From positions 64,001 to 128,000 of the forward strand of contig JAXHVD010000012.1 of the NCBI GenBank assembly GCA_034189385.1: 64,000 nucleotides of DNA. The letters run 5' to 3'. Shown in pieces: positions 21,517 through 30,294 of the stretch; position 1 is the stretch's first letter; each line of letters opens with the position of its first letter. Below the pieces are notes generated by a model. The model was not told where the DNA came from and did not search any database. It was given only the letters and a program-made list of their open reading frames with translations. Origin of the DNA: Thermodesulfobacteriota bacterium (lineage in GTDB: Bacteria; Desulfobacterota; Desulfobacteria; Desulfobacterales; C00003060). Both the position numbers and the translations under genes were made by a program.

Positions 21517-22290
21517 GCCTGGCAGGCTATGCCTCGGGGTGGCGATCTGTACCTTGAGACCAAGAACGTATGCCTAGATCAGAACTACACCCAGGCCTTT
21601 AGTGTGAAGTCCGGCAAATATGTACAGATATCTGCCACAGATACAGGAATGGGCATGGGTGAGGAGACCCGGCAGAGGGTATTTGAGCCGTTTTTCACTA
21701 CCAAGGAGATGGGCGGGGGAACAGGCCTGGGTTTGGCCTCTGCTCATGGGATTATCAAGAATCACGGTGGGATCATCGACGTGTATGGCAGGCCAGGTCA
21801 GGGACCACTTTCAACATCTATCTCCCGGCCTCGGAAAAGGCCATAACAAAAAACAAGGAGCCGCTGGTAGACATATTGGGGGGCACAGAGCCCGTTCTTC
21901 TTGTGGACGACGAGGAGATGATAGTAGCTGTTGGCAGAGAGATACTAACAGCGTTAGGCTACCGTGTGATGGTAGCCCCAAGCGGCAAAAAAGCGGTAGC
22001 CCTTTACGAGAAGAACAAGGACAGGGGCGACATGGTCATCCTAGACCTGATCATGTTTGACATGGGCGGAGGCGAAGTCTATGATAGGCTGAAGGAAATC
22101 AACCCCAAGGTCAAGTGTCCTTTCAAGTGGGTACAGCATAGACGGCCAAGCAAATGAGATAATGGAAAGGGGCTGTGATGGATTTATCCAGAAACCCTTT
22201 GATATAAGTGAGGCATCGGAAAAACTAAGGGACATTCTGGGAAAAAAATGGATCTGCCTACTAGTAGCAGGCAAGATGAATCCAAGCTGA
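21517..22290 (+). pseudogene. relic of CckA-like hybrid sensor kinase (HATPase_c + receiver)
   Basis: AWQAMPRGG, DTGMGM, FEPFFTTK, GTGLGL, then VLLVDDE, VILDLIM, SSGYS, FIQKPF; frameshifts near 21805 and 22115; N-terminal sensor/H-box missing. Confidence 0.85.
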
Positions 22291-22322
22291 CGAAGATTAG
22301 GGTAGAAGGCTGAAAGCAATGA

Positions 22323-23087
22323 TCACAGTTGGCCCAGCATCAGCTGTATGGCCGCACTTGCTAAGCCTGTGGCCTTCGAATTTGGGTCTGACGGGTCACA
22401 GCCTCTTCGACACTCCGTCCCATCTGACTGACCGTCCCCGTCCGAATCCCTGTCCACCAGGTTAATGAGTCCGTCATTGTCATCATCGGCATCCCACTCC
22501 TCACCCCAGTAAGCCAACTCGTCGCCATCATTGAGTCCGTCACCGTCAGTATCCATTCTGTCTGGATCAGTCCCATATTCATTTATCTCATCATAGTCTG
22601 CTATTCCATCCCCGTCCCTGTCCGCTGGTATGAAAGTATAGGTTACCTCGTCAGAATATCCACTTTGATTGCCATACTCATCATAAGCGGTAGCAGCAAA
22701 GTAGTAGGTCTGGCCGTCTTCAAAACGTGATTCTGAGATGGCGCAAGTCGTATAGTCTCCCACATCAACACTCCATACATAGTCTCCACTAGATGTTCCG
22801 TAGTAAACCATATAGCCGGCGAGATCGGGCTCTGGATTGGCGCTCCATTCCAATATGACTACAGCAGAATAGGCCGAGCTAGGAATGAACATCAAGGCTA
22901 TTGGCAAAACACATGTGAAGGCTAAGGACCTGGCCAGTGCAAAGAATGGAATGAATAGCGAGAAAGGAAACACCAGGCGCAACGCGCGAGGATCAAGCAA
23001 CCGGTTGCATAAAGACACATGAGCAAGCCCTTTGTGTGAAGCCTTTTTGCCAGCTTCGTTTGTGTTTGACTCAGCAAACGCTGACAT
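22323..23087 (-). CDS. exported protein: FN3 domain + DxDGDG (TSP3-like) Ca-binding repeats
   Basis: LEWSAN.EPDLAGY.VYYG...YYFAATAYD..GNQS (FN3); DRDGDG, DTDGDG, DSDGDG repeats; GGAGG RBS before ATG 23087. Confidence 0.85.
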   Translation of the reverse strand: MSAFAESNTNEAGKKASHKGLAHVSLCNRLLDPRALRLVFPFSLFIPFFALARSLAFTCVLPIALMFIPSSAYSAVVILEWSANPEPDLAGYMVYYGTSSGDYVWSVDVGDYTTCAISESRFEDGQTYYFAATAYDEYGNQSGYSDEVTYTFIPADRDGDGIADYDEINEYGTDPDRMDTDGDGLNDGDELAYWGEEWDADDDNDGLINLVDRDSDGDGQSDGTECRRGCDPSDPNSKATGLASAAIQLMLGQL

Positions 23088-23145
23088 CAGAGCACCTCCG
23101 TAGTTCCCTGAGCCGCGTAGACCGCAGCACTCTGGAGATGCTGAA

Positions 23146-23242
23146 TCCACCCGGCAGCCCTGCTGCCATACCCGCCTCTGGCGGCCTTAGGCCAGCGACT
23201 TTGCGTCCCACCCTTTCGGATGGTTTGCCTTTTTCGGACGAT
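23146..23242 (-). ncRNA. c-di-GMP-I (GEMM) riboswitch
   Basis: Minus strand AAAGGCAAACCATCC-GAAA-GGGTGGGACGCAAAGTCGCTGGCCTAAG...ATGGCAGCAGGGCTGCCG: GEMM core, GAAA tetraloop and CCTAAG/ATGG receptor. Confidence 0.95.
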
Positions 23243-23275
23243 TATTCGTCTTGTTTCCCTTGTCCCTGGACATAG

Positions 23276-23291
23276 AGCAATTCCCGTGCCA
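23276..23291 (-). promoter_or_regulatory. sigma-54 -24/-12 promoter
   Basis: TGGCACGGGAATTGCT matches TGGCACG-N4-TTGCW exactly, about 35 bp upstream of the riboswitch. Confidence 0.9.
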
Positions 23292-23389
23292 TCGCCACGC
23301 TTAGCGAAGGAAACCCTTTAACAGAAAGACTGTCTGCAAAACCGGGGCTGCTAGAGCAAAGATTCTGTTGGACCTTTAATCACACAACT

Positions 23390-23403
23390 GTAATTCGAAT
23401 TAC
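23390..23403. promoter_or_regulatory. perfect 14-bp palindrome, candidate enhancer (UAS) for a sigma-54 activator
   Basis: GTAATTCGAATTAC, about 100 and 145 bp from the two divergent sigma-54 sites. Confidence 0.5.
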
Positions 23404-23545
23404 TAAACGGTCATCTAGAACGATGCTACGGCTTAAAGAAAGGCGAGCTGAAAAAAGACCTAAACTCACAGGGTAGCCCAGCATATATATAGAAATGGGA
23501 GACCCAGTGCGTCATAGACAACTGGAATAGGAACAGGAAAAACGT

Positions 23546-23561
23546 TGGCATAAACCCTGCA
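23546..23561 (+). promoter_or_regulatory. sigma-54 -24/-12 promoter
   Basis: TGGCATAAACCCTGCA (GG-N10-GC), about 48 bp upstream of the chagasin start. Confidence 0.7.
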
Positions 23562-23608
23562 GAGCATCTCAAGACATGAGAACAAATTGGCTAAGACAAG
23601 GGGGCATA

Positions 23609-24058
23609 ATGAGATTATTTAATGTATCAGGAAAGTTGGCTTTTCTGTTCATCGTGCTAGGCATTTTTCTGCCCTGTGAGATTGCCCAGCAAGCCGTGAA
23701 TTTCCCCAAAGCATACGCACAAGAGGAGTCCTTCAACCCGGATACCCGGGTATTCACTCTTGCCAACAACAATGATGCGGCGCCAATACGAGTAGGCGAA
23801 ACGTTTCACATCGTCCTGGAGGCGAACCCAAGCACGGGCTACTCCTGGCACGTTGGCGGGGTCGACACCTCCATTTTGCAGACAGGGAAAGTGAAGTTTC
23901 AACGCACCTCTGAACTGTTGGGAGCCCCTGAAGAGCAAATCATTCCTTTTTCTGCCTTAAAGAGTGGGAACACCACTGTAGACCTGCGCTACATGAGACC
24001 TTGGGAGAAACAGAGTCGGTTGCAGAATTACATTATAAACGTGATGGTAGCAAAATAG
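23609..24058 (+). CDS. chagasin-family (I42) cysteine protease inhibitor, exported
   Basis: LEANPSTGYSW, LLGAP, YMRPWE: the three chagasin loop motifs; N-terminal hydrophobic segment. Confidence 0.92.
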   Translation: MRLFNVSGKLAFLFIVLGIFLPCEIAQQAVNFPKAYAQEESFNPDTRVFTLANNNDAAPIRVGETFHIVLEANPSTGYSWHVGGVDTSILQTGKVKFQRTSELLGAPEEQIIPFSALKSGNTTVDLRYMRPWEKQSRLQNYIINVMVAK

Positions 24059-24074
24059 ACAGAGGGAAAAGAAG

Positions 24075-25625
24075 ATGAGGAGACTAAACGCTGCCCTGAT
24101 TATATGTCTAGGTTTCTTCTTCGGTCTATGCGGTCTTGTCCAAGGGACAGATCTTCCCACGAGATGGGATTGGAGAAACCACAACGGCGTCACAGCAGTC
24201 AGGAATCAGGGTTCCTGCGGGTCCTGTTGGGCCTTTGCCTCAGCGGCCACCATGGAATCTGCAATCCTGATCAATGACGGGTCTGAAGTCAACCTTTCCG
24301 AACAGCATCTTGTGTCCTGCAACCTTAATGGTTGGGGTTGTGGGGGTGGATGGATAGCCCTTCCATACTACTTAAATAGACAAGACTCCACCGGAGAAAT
24401 CGGCACCGTCATGGAATCGTGCTTTGCTTATTTAGCATCAAATGTAGCCTGCACGTGCGCGGGGTGTGATCGTGTTCATGAGCTTCTCGACTGGGGGCTT
24501 GTTCCCGGTGCCACTTATTGGAGTCCCCCTAGCGATGAGCAACTGAAGACCTACATCTACACCTACGGGCCTATTTTTGCTGCCTTGGACACGCACACGT
24601 GGTGTTTGCTAAACCCCAGTACGGGGGCATCGGGTTCATGCAGCGGAAATAACGGAGAGTGCAATCATGCTATTTTGATCGTGGGTTGGGATGATGATTT
24701 TAAAGGCAGTGGGAACGGATGCTGGATCATCAAGAATTCCTGGAATACGTGGTGGCAAGACGGCGGATTTGGATATGTCAAATACGGCACCGGTAGCGTG
24801 GGAACGGCCGCTTCTTGGGTAGAGTATTATGGCGCCGGTGGTCTGGAGTGCGACAACGCCATAGACCTGACCCCTTATCATCCCTATGACGGGACCACGG
24901 TAGGGGGCGCGTCCAGAGTTGATGCATATAGCTGTGACGACAACTTAACGGGCCCTGAAAAGGTCCATCGCATCACCACCACCACAGATGGTGACATTGC
25001 TGCAACGCTTAGCAATCATGCGGTCAATCTGGATGTGCTCATCCTCAGTGCCTGCGACTCTGATACCTGCTATGACTATGCCTCAGGAACTGGTAGCATC
25101 ACTGCTACCTATCCAAATGCCCCGGCAGGGACCTATTACATAGTGGTGGATGGTAGCTATGGTGCCAGCGGCTCATACACCCTCACCGTAGCAACGGGCT
25201 TAGACTGCGCAAGCGCTGTCAGCTTATCCCCCCGCGTAGCCTATGACGGGAACACGTCGGAAGGACCCTCTATGATCCATTCATATACGGGTACAGGCGG
25301 TTCTTATGAGAATATGACAGGCCCTGAGAGCCTCCATAAAATTATCGCATTCAAAGGCGGTGGAGACGTTACAGCAACCTTAAACGCCGGTCACGCATCG
25401 GGCCTTGAAGTCTTTATCGTGAGACCCTGTGACCCGGCTAGCTGCCTTGCCCATGCTTCTGGGACGGGGGAAATCACGGCGACCTATCCCAATGCTCCTG
25501 TTGGGACCTATTTTATTGTGGTAGATGGCAGCTATGGGGCCAGCGGATCATACACCCTCACTGCAAATGCCCTTTGGGCGGCAGGGAAAGGCCTGCCGTG
25601 GGTGAACTCCTTGTTGCTGGAATAG
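24075..25625 (+). CDS. secreted papain-family (C1A) cysteine protease with two PPC-like C-terminal repeats
   Basis: Signal peptide; LPTRWDWR, QGSCGSCWAF (Cys), NHAILIVGW (His), IKNSW (Asn); duplicated ...GTY(Y/F)IVVDGSYGASGSYTLT domain. Confidence 0.93.
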   Translation: MRRLNAALIICLGFFFGLCGLVQGTDLPTRWDWRNHNGVTAVRNQGSCGSCWAFASAATMESAILINDGSEVNLSEQHLVSCNLNGWGCGGGWIALPYYLNRQDSTGEIGTVMESCFAYLASNVACTCAGCDRVHELLDWGLVPGATYWSPPSDEQLKTYIYTYGPIFAALDTHTWCLLNPSTGASGSCSGNNGECNHAILIVGWDDDFKGSGNGCWIIKNSWNTWWQDGGFGYVKYGTGSVGTAASWVEYYGAGGLECDNAIDLTPYHPYDGTTVGGASRVDAYSCDDNLTGPEKVHRITTTTDGDIAATLSNHAVNLDVLILSACDSDTCYDYASGTGSITATYPNAPAGTYYIVVDGSYGASGSYTLTVATGLDCASAVSLSPRVAYDGNTSEGPSMIHSYTGTGGSYENMTGPESLHKIIAFKGGGDVTATLNAGHASGLEVFIVRPCDPASCLAHASGTGEITATYPNAPVGTYFIVVDGSYGASGSYTLTANALWAAGKGLPWVNSLLLE

Positions 25626-25727
25626 AGAAGCTAATGGGAAGGATAAAGGAAGCGATGAAATTCACACAGGGCAACCTGCTGAATAAGGGCGGTTGAATTG
25701 AAAAATGTGTTTTATATGAGCGTGCTG

Positions 25728-25736
25728 TGATATAAT
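25728..25736 (+). promoter_or_regulatory. extended -10 promoter candidate
   Basis: TGaTATAAT in an AT-rich stretch upstream of the 25788 gene. Confidence 0.5.
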
Positions 25737-25787
25737 AAAGATAAATGCCTATAAAGAAATAAACAAAACATGAAGGAGGATAATGAC

Positions 25788-26126
25788 ATGAAGACAAGGA
25801 AGAAGTTGTTGGTCATGGCAGCTGTTTTTGGCGTAGTCGCCCTCTGTGCTGCAAGCGCCCATGCCGGGTGGAACTTGGCAACAGTCACACAGGCTGGTCC
25901 TGGATGGGGGACTACTTACCTTCGCCTGACGCAGGCATCACACCCTGGCAACCAGAATGGGCTCTTTACTGACAAGTGGTTTAAACCGAGAACGGATTCA
26001 GTAAAAGAAATGCTAGCCACAGCATTAACCGCAAAAACCAACAATGAGCATGTCTGGTTTTTCAGTGACTTTTCAGGCACCTATCCTTACATAAAGGCAC
26101 TGTACATGGGTCCGCCGCCCGAGTAG
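25788..26126 (+). CDS. small secreted hypothetical protein
   Basis: GGAGG RBS; signal peptide ending AHA; about 86-aa mature chain with central EMLATALTA helix. Confidence 0.8.
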   Translation: MKTRKKLLVMAAVFGVVALCAASAHAGWNLATVTQAGPGWGTTYLRLTQASHPGNQNGLFTDKWFKPRTDSVKEMLATALTAKTNNEHVWFFSDFSGTYPYIKALYMGPPPE

Positions 26127-26154
26127 TAAGGCTCAAGCGTCACTGGAAAAGGAC

Positions 26155-26190
26155 AGGATGGGGTAGGGAACAACCTACTCCATCCTTCTT
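26155..26190 (+). terminator. probable intrinsic terminator
   Basis: AGGATGGGGTAGG-gaacaa-CCTACTCCATCCT stem-loop followed by TCTT, 30 bp after the stop. Confidence 0.55.
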
Positions 26191-26824
26191 GACGTTCGTA
26201 CTCACGCACGATCTTCGCTTTGGGGTTCCTGCCCATTGCAAGTGCAGGCTTAAACAATTTCCCCTGAATCCAGAACAATCTGTCGCTTGCAGGAGCAAGG
26301 CGCTTTTAATCTGCACATCAGACCCTGCCCCTCGACTCGGAAATGATTTGTAAACCCCTTCCCCCTCTGCACCAACCCTCAAGACACTTTGACTCACCAT
26401 AGCCTGGTGTATGAAGCTCGTGTATATCGACGGTGCTAAGTTGCCATAGGAATGAGCATGACCCAAGACGACTAAGGTCACTGCGGACAACGGATAACAA
26501 TGAAGGGCAAACCGTTATCGCCCAAGAACCATTCTTGCAGGGTCGCATTCTCACTGCAAACACGTGGAGGCCGCAAAGGAAACAAAATGCCTCAGCGCTT
26601 TGCGCCTTGACCGTGCGGGGCGAACAAGCCGTAAATAGGGATGACAACCTGATTCTCACCACATATGTGCAAAAAGATTTCAGTTGGTTAGCTCAGAAAC
26701 CTGCGCATTCGAACTATCTCGGACACCAATGGCTAGGGATATCTCTCTGAAATCTATTCACTTTCAACAACACCTGTTTTCACAGGAAAACACAAAAAAA
26801 CATGTTGACTATTTTTCCGGGTAT

Positions 26825-26851
26825 GTTATGAGTAGATATTCTACTCATAAC
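26825..26851. promoter_or_regulatory. perfect 12-3-12 inverted repeat (operator)
   Basis: GTTATGAGTAGA-TAT-TCTACTCATAAC, 10 bp upstream of the wHTH gene; TTGACT just upstream. Confidence 0.75.
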
Positions 26852-26861
26852 GAGGTCGCCG

Positions 26862-27419
26862 TTGGACAATCTATTTACAGGACTCATATCGTCAAAAACC
26901 AGGATCAAACTGCTCACCAGGTTCTTTTTCAATCCCAAGACGCGGGCATATTTGAGGGAGCTTGCCAAGGACTTTAACCTGTCCACCAACTCGGTTCGGG
27001 AAGAACTGAACCAGCTCAGTAAAACGAACCTGCTAAAATCTGAAAGAAATGGTCGCCAGGTCTATTACACTGCAAACCAGGAACATCCCTTGTTTCCCGA
27101 ACTCAAGTCTATGGTCAGCAAGGTCATGGGAATTGATCAGGTGATAGATGGTATTGCAAATAGGCTGGGCGATCTGGATTTCGCCTATGTGATTGACGAC
27201 TACGCTGAAGGCAAAGATACTGGAATCATTGATCTTTTGCTGGTAGGTGACGTCGACCACTATCATCTGAATGATTTGAGCAGAAAAACTGAACGATATA
27301 TCAAACGCAAAATCCGTTCCCTTGTCCTGAGTCGGGAGGAGTTTGAGAAGATGAAACCACAGTTGCGGCAGAAACCGCAGCTCCTTGTTTGGAAAAAACA
27401 GAGCGCTGAGGAATCATAG
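26862..27419 (+). CDS. winged-helix regulator fused to degenerate MNT-like nucleotidyltransferase domain
   Basis: SKTRIKLL..FF.NP...YLRELA...VREELNQL...GRQVYY.AN..HPLFPEL; C-terminal AYVIDDYAEG..GIIDLLLVG. Confidence 0.8.
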   Translation: MDNLFTGLISSKTRIKLLTRFFFNPKTRAYLRELAKDFNLSTNSVREELNQLSKTNLLKSERNGRQVYYTANQEHPLFPELKSMVSKVMGIDQVIDGIANRLGDLDFAYVIDDYAEGKDTGIIDLLLVGDVDHYHLNDLSRKTERYIKRKIRSLVLSREEFEKMKPQLRQKPQLLVWKKQSAEES

Positions 27420-27836
27420 GGTGACGACAATAGAGGGTTGTGACCCCAGACCCATGGGGACAAGCACAGGCATTTCTCCCCAGCCAATGCTGGTCCCGTT
27501 AGACTCCAAGGTCTATCTTAAGGGGATGCCCGTACCATAACGGTGTTACGGGGCTGCGAGTTGTGAGCTGCCACGCCCGTGAGAATCCCATAGGGCTCAG
27601 CGCCCTAGATTACGCAGCAAACTCACAAGATACAACAGAATATTGTAGAATTTCAGCTTGTTATGTTGGAACAGGCCCTGTAATTGGCGGGGCGGAGCTG
27701 TGTCTGCCCAGCAGAGTCATGAATCTCCCCTTGTTCACAAGTCAGCCCATGATTTTTGGGGTTTGTTGGCTAAGAATGACTCTGCCGATGATACTGGTCG
27801 CTCGATCCTTATCCAGATGAGCGCCTGGGAAAATAG

Positions 27837-28940
27837 ATGAAAAAGAAAGCAAAGGTCTTTGTGGCTGGCCATCGAGGCCTGGTCGGCTCAGCCATCTTGA
27901 GGCAACTGGAATCAGAAGGGTACCATAATCTGGTGGTCCGCACCCGGCGAGAAGTCGACCTTGCGAACCAGCAAGAGGCTGGGGCGTTTGTCGAAGTGGA
28001 GAAGCCGGAGTACGTGTTTTCGGCAGCCGCCAGGGTAGGCGGGATCTGGGCTAACAGTGCCTATCCGGCTGAGTTCATTTATGAGAACCTTCAAATACAA
28101 ATCAATGTCATCCACAGTGCTTATGTCCATGGTGTCTCGAAGCTCCTTGTTCTGGGCAGTTCCTGCATCTATCCTAGGCAATGTCCTCAACCCATGAAAG
28201 AGGAGTATCTCCTCACTCAGCCCCTTGAGCCCACCAACGAGGCCTATGCTATTGCCAAGATAGCAGGGATCAAGATGTGCCAGTTTTACCACCAACAATA
28301 CGGCGCCAATTTCGTCTCCGTAATGCCGACCAATCTCTTTGGCCCAGGGGACAACTTCGATCTTACCACATCCCATGTGCTGCCAGCCTTTATCCGTAAA
28401 TTCCACCTCGCCAAGCTGGCATCTCAGGGAGACTGGGAGGAAATCCAAAAAGACGAGTCACGGTTTGGAAAGATCCCGAAAGATATCATGGCCGGCCTGG
28501 TTGCCATTGCCCAGTCGCAAGGCCTGTCTATTCCAAGGTCTCTGAAGACCCAGGCCCCCGGTATGACACCTACGCCAGCCATAACCCTTTGGGGAACCGG
28601 ACGTCCCCGGCGCGAGTTCTTGTACGTCGACGATCTGGCAGATGCCTGCCTGTTTGTCATGGACCATGTTGATGCGAACTGGCTGCATGGAAAGGGAATC
28701 TCCCACCTGAATATCGGGACCGGTTCGGACATCTCCATTTCTGAACTGGCCAATATGGTCAAAGAAATCGTCGGATATGAGGGTGCCATCGCCTACGACA
28801 CCAGCAAGCCGGACGGTATGCTCCAGAAGATGCTGGATGTGAACAGACTGACCTCCCTCGGATGGAAGCATCGGACGCCCCTTCGTGAAGGGATTGAAAA
28901 GAGCTACACCTGGTATCTGGCACAGACCAAGGCCGAGTAA
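27837..28940 (+). CDS. fcl: GDP-L-fucose synthase
   Basis: VAGHRGLVGSA, AARVGGI, GSSCIYP, YAIAKIAG, MPTNLFGP, SHVLPA, REFLYVDD. Confidence 0.96.
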   Translation: MKKKAKVFVAGHRGLVGSAILRQLESEGYHNLVVRTRREVDLANQQEAGAFVEVEKPEYVFSAAARVGGIWANSAYPAEFIYENLQIQINVIHSAYVHGVSKLLVLGSSCIYPRQCPQPMKEEYLLTQPLEPTNEAYAIAKIAGIKMCQFYHQQYGANFVSVMPTNLFGPGDNFDLTTSHVLPAFIRKFHLAKLASQGDWEEIQKDESRFGKIPKDIMAGLVAIAQSQGLSIPRSLKTQAPGMTPTPAITLWGTGRPRREFLYVDDLADACLFVMDHVDANWLHGKGISHLNIGTGSDISISELANMVKEIVGYEGAIAYDTSKPDGMLQKMLDVNRLTSLGWKHRTPLREGIEKSYTWYLAQTKAE

Positions 28941-29055
28941 GTCTGTATCAGGGTGCATCTGAGGATCTAACGGCTATCTACCTACGCCCTGCTGCCCCCC
29001 CCCTCGTCGGTAAACGGAAAGCCGTGAACTGTCAACAGAATGAATTGGAGTTGCT

Positions 29056-30243
29056 ATGTCATCGAATAATGTTGCATTGATCACGGGAATTACGGGCCAG
29101 GATGGCGCCTACCTGGCCGAAATGCTCCTCAAAAAAGGCTATGAGGTCCACGGCCTCATCCGGCGTTCCAGTACCTTCAATACTGATCGCATTGATCACA
29201 TCTACAGAGACCCTCACGTGCCAGATGCCAGACTCTTCTTGCACTACGGTGATCTTTCGGTATCAGGCCAAATGGCAGATCTCATCTACAACATACATCC
29301 CAGCGAGATCTATCACCTGGGGGCTCAAAGCCATGTGCGGGTCAGCTTTGACATGCCCGAATATACAGGTGATGTCACAGGCCTCGGTACGGTCAGACTC
29401 CTCGAGGCGATTAGAAAGACCGGTGTCAAAACCAGATTCTATCAGGCTTCCTCCAGTGAGATGTTTGGAAGCGCCCCAGCACCTCAGAATGAGCACACCC
29501 CTTTTGAGCCTCGTAGCCCTTATGCTGCGGCAAAGGTCTATGCTTACTGGCTCGTGAGGAACTACCGGGAAGGATACAACCTCTTTGCCAGCAACGGCAT
29601 CCTCTTTAACCACGAATCCCCTCTTCGCGGTGAGACGTTTGTAACCCGCAAGATCACACGAGCCGTGGCACGAATCAAGTATGGTTTTCAGGATTGCCTT
29701 TATCTGGGAAACCTAGACGCCAAAAGAGATTGGGGCTATGCCCCAGATTATGTGCAAGCCATGTGGCTTATGCTTCAACAAGATCGTCCCGGGGATTATG
29801 TGGTGGCTACCGGAGAATCCCATAGCGTTCGAGAATTCTGCGAGCAGGCCTTCAAAGAAGCTGAAATAAAGCTGGAATGGCACGGCTCCGGCACCTCAGA
29901 GGTGGGGATCATCGCAGGGATCAGTGGACATGAGGCCCCATCTGATGGTGATCTTCAGCCCGGCACACCGAATAGTGCGGGCTCTGGCCCCAAAATAGGT
30001 GGTGAAGTCGTGCGCATAGATCCTCGCTACTTCCGTCCCACAGAGGTCGAGTATCTTCTCGGCGACGCATCCAAGACCCAGAGGGAATTGGGATGGGAGC
30101 CAACGGTTACCTTCAAGCAACTTGTCAAGATCATGGTCAAAGCAGACATTCAAGAGCTGCAGAACCTTCGTCGTTGCCAGGACGTGATCGAGCGCATCAT
30201 TCATGACCAGGGGCAAAACCCACGGACCGACTCATGTTTGTAA
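29056..30243 (+). CDS. gmd: GDP-mannose 4,6-dehydratase
   Basis: [55 protein letters not shown]. Confidence 0.98.
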   Translation: MSSNNVALITGITGQDGAYLAEMLLKKGYEVHGLIRRSSTFNTDRIDHIYRDPHVPDARLFLHYGDLSVSGQMADLIYNIHPSEIYHLGAQSHVRVSFDMPEYTGDVTGLGTVRLLEAIRKTGVKTRFYQASSSEMFGSAPAPQNEHTPFEPRSPYAAAKVYAYWLVRNYREGYNLFASNGILFNHESPLRGETFVTRKITRAVARIKYGFQDCLYLGNLDAKRDWGYAPDYVQAMWLMLQQDRPGDYVVATGESHSVREFCEQAFKEAEIKLEWHGSGTSEVGIIAGISGHEAPSDGDLQPGTPNSAGSGPKIGGEVVRIDPRYFRPTEVEYLLGDASKTQRELGWEPTVTFKQLVKIMVKADIQELQNLRRCQDVIERIIHDQGQNPRTDSCL

Positions 30244-30294
30244 CGTTGCGGCAAAAGAAGACGACTTGCCTGTTACAGATTCAGGGCTCGTGAG

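Noticed and set aside
26500..26545. GGGCAAACC resembling a second GEMM riboswitch
   Set aside because: No GNRA-capped P2, no GACGCAAAG junction and no receptor stem
26140..26780. ORFs between the small secreted gene and the wHTH gene (e.g. a HEPN toxin partner)
   Set aside because: Mutually overlapping, no RxxxxH in a helical context and no RBS
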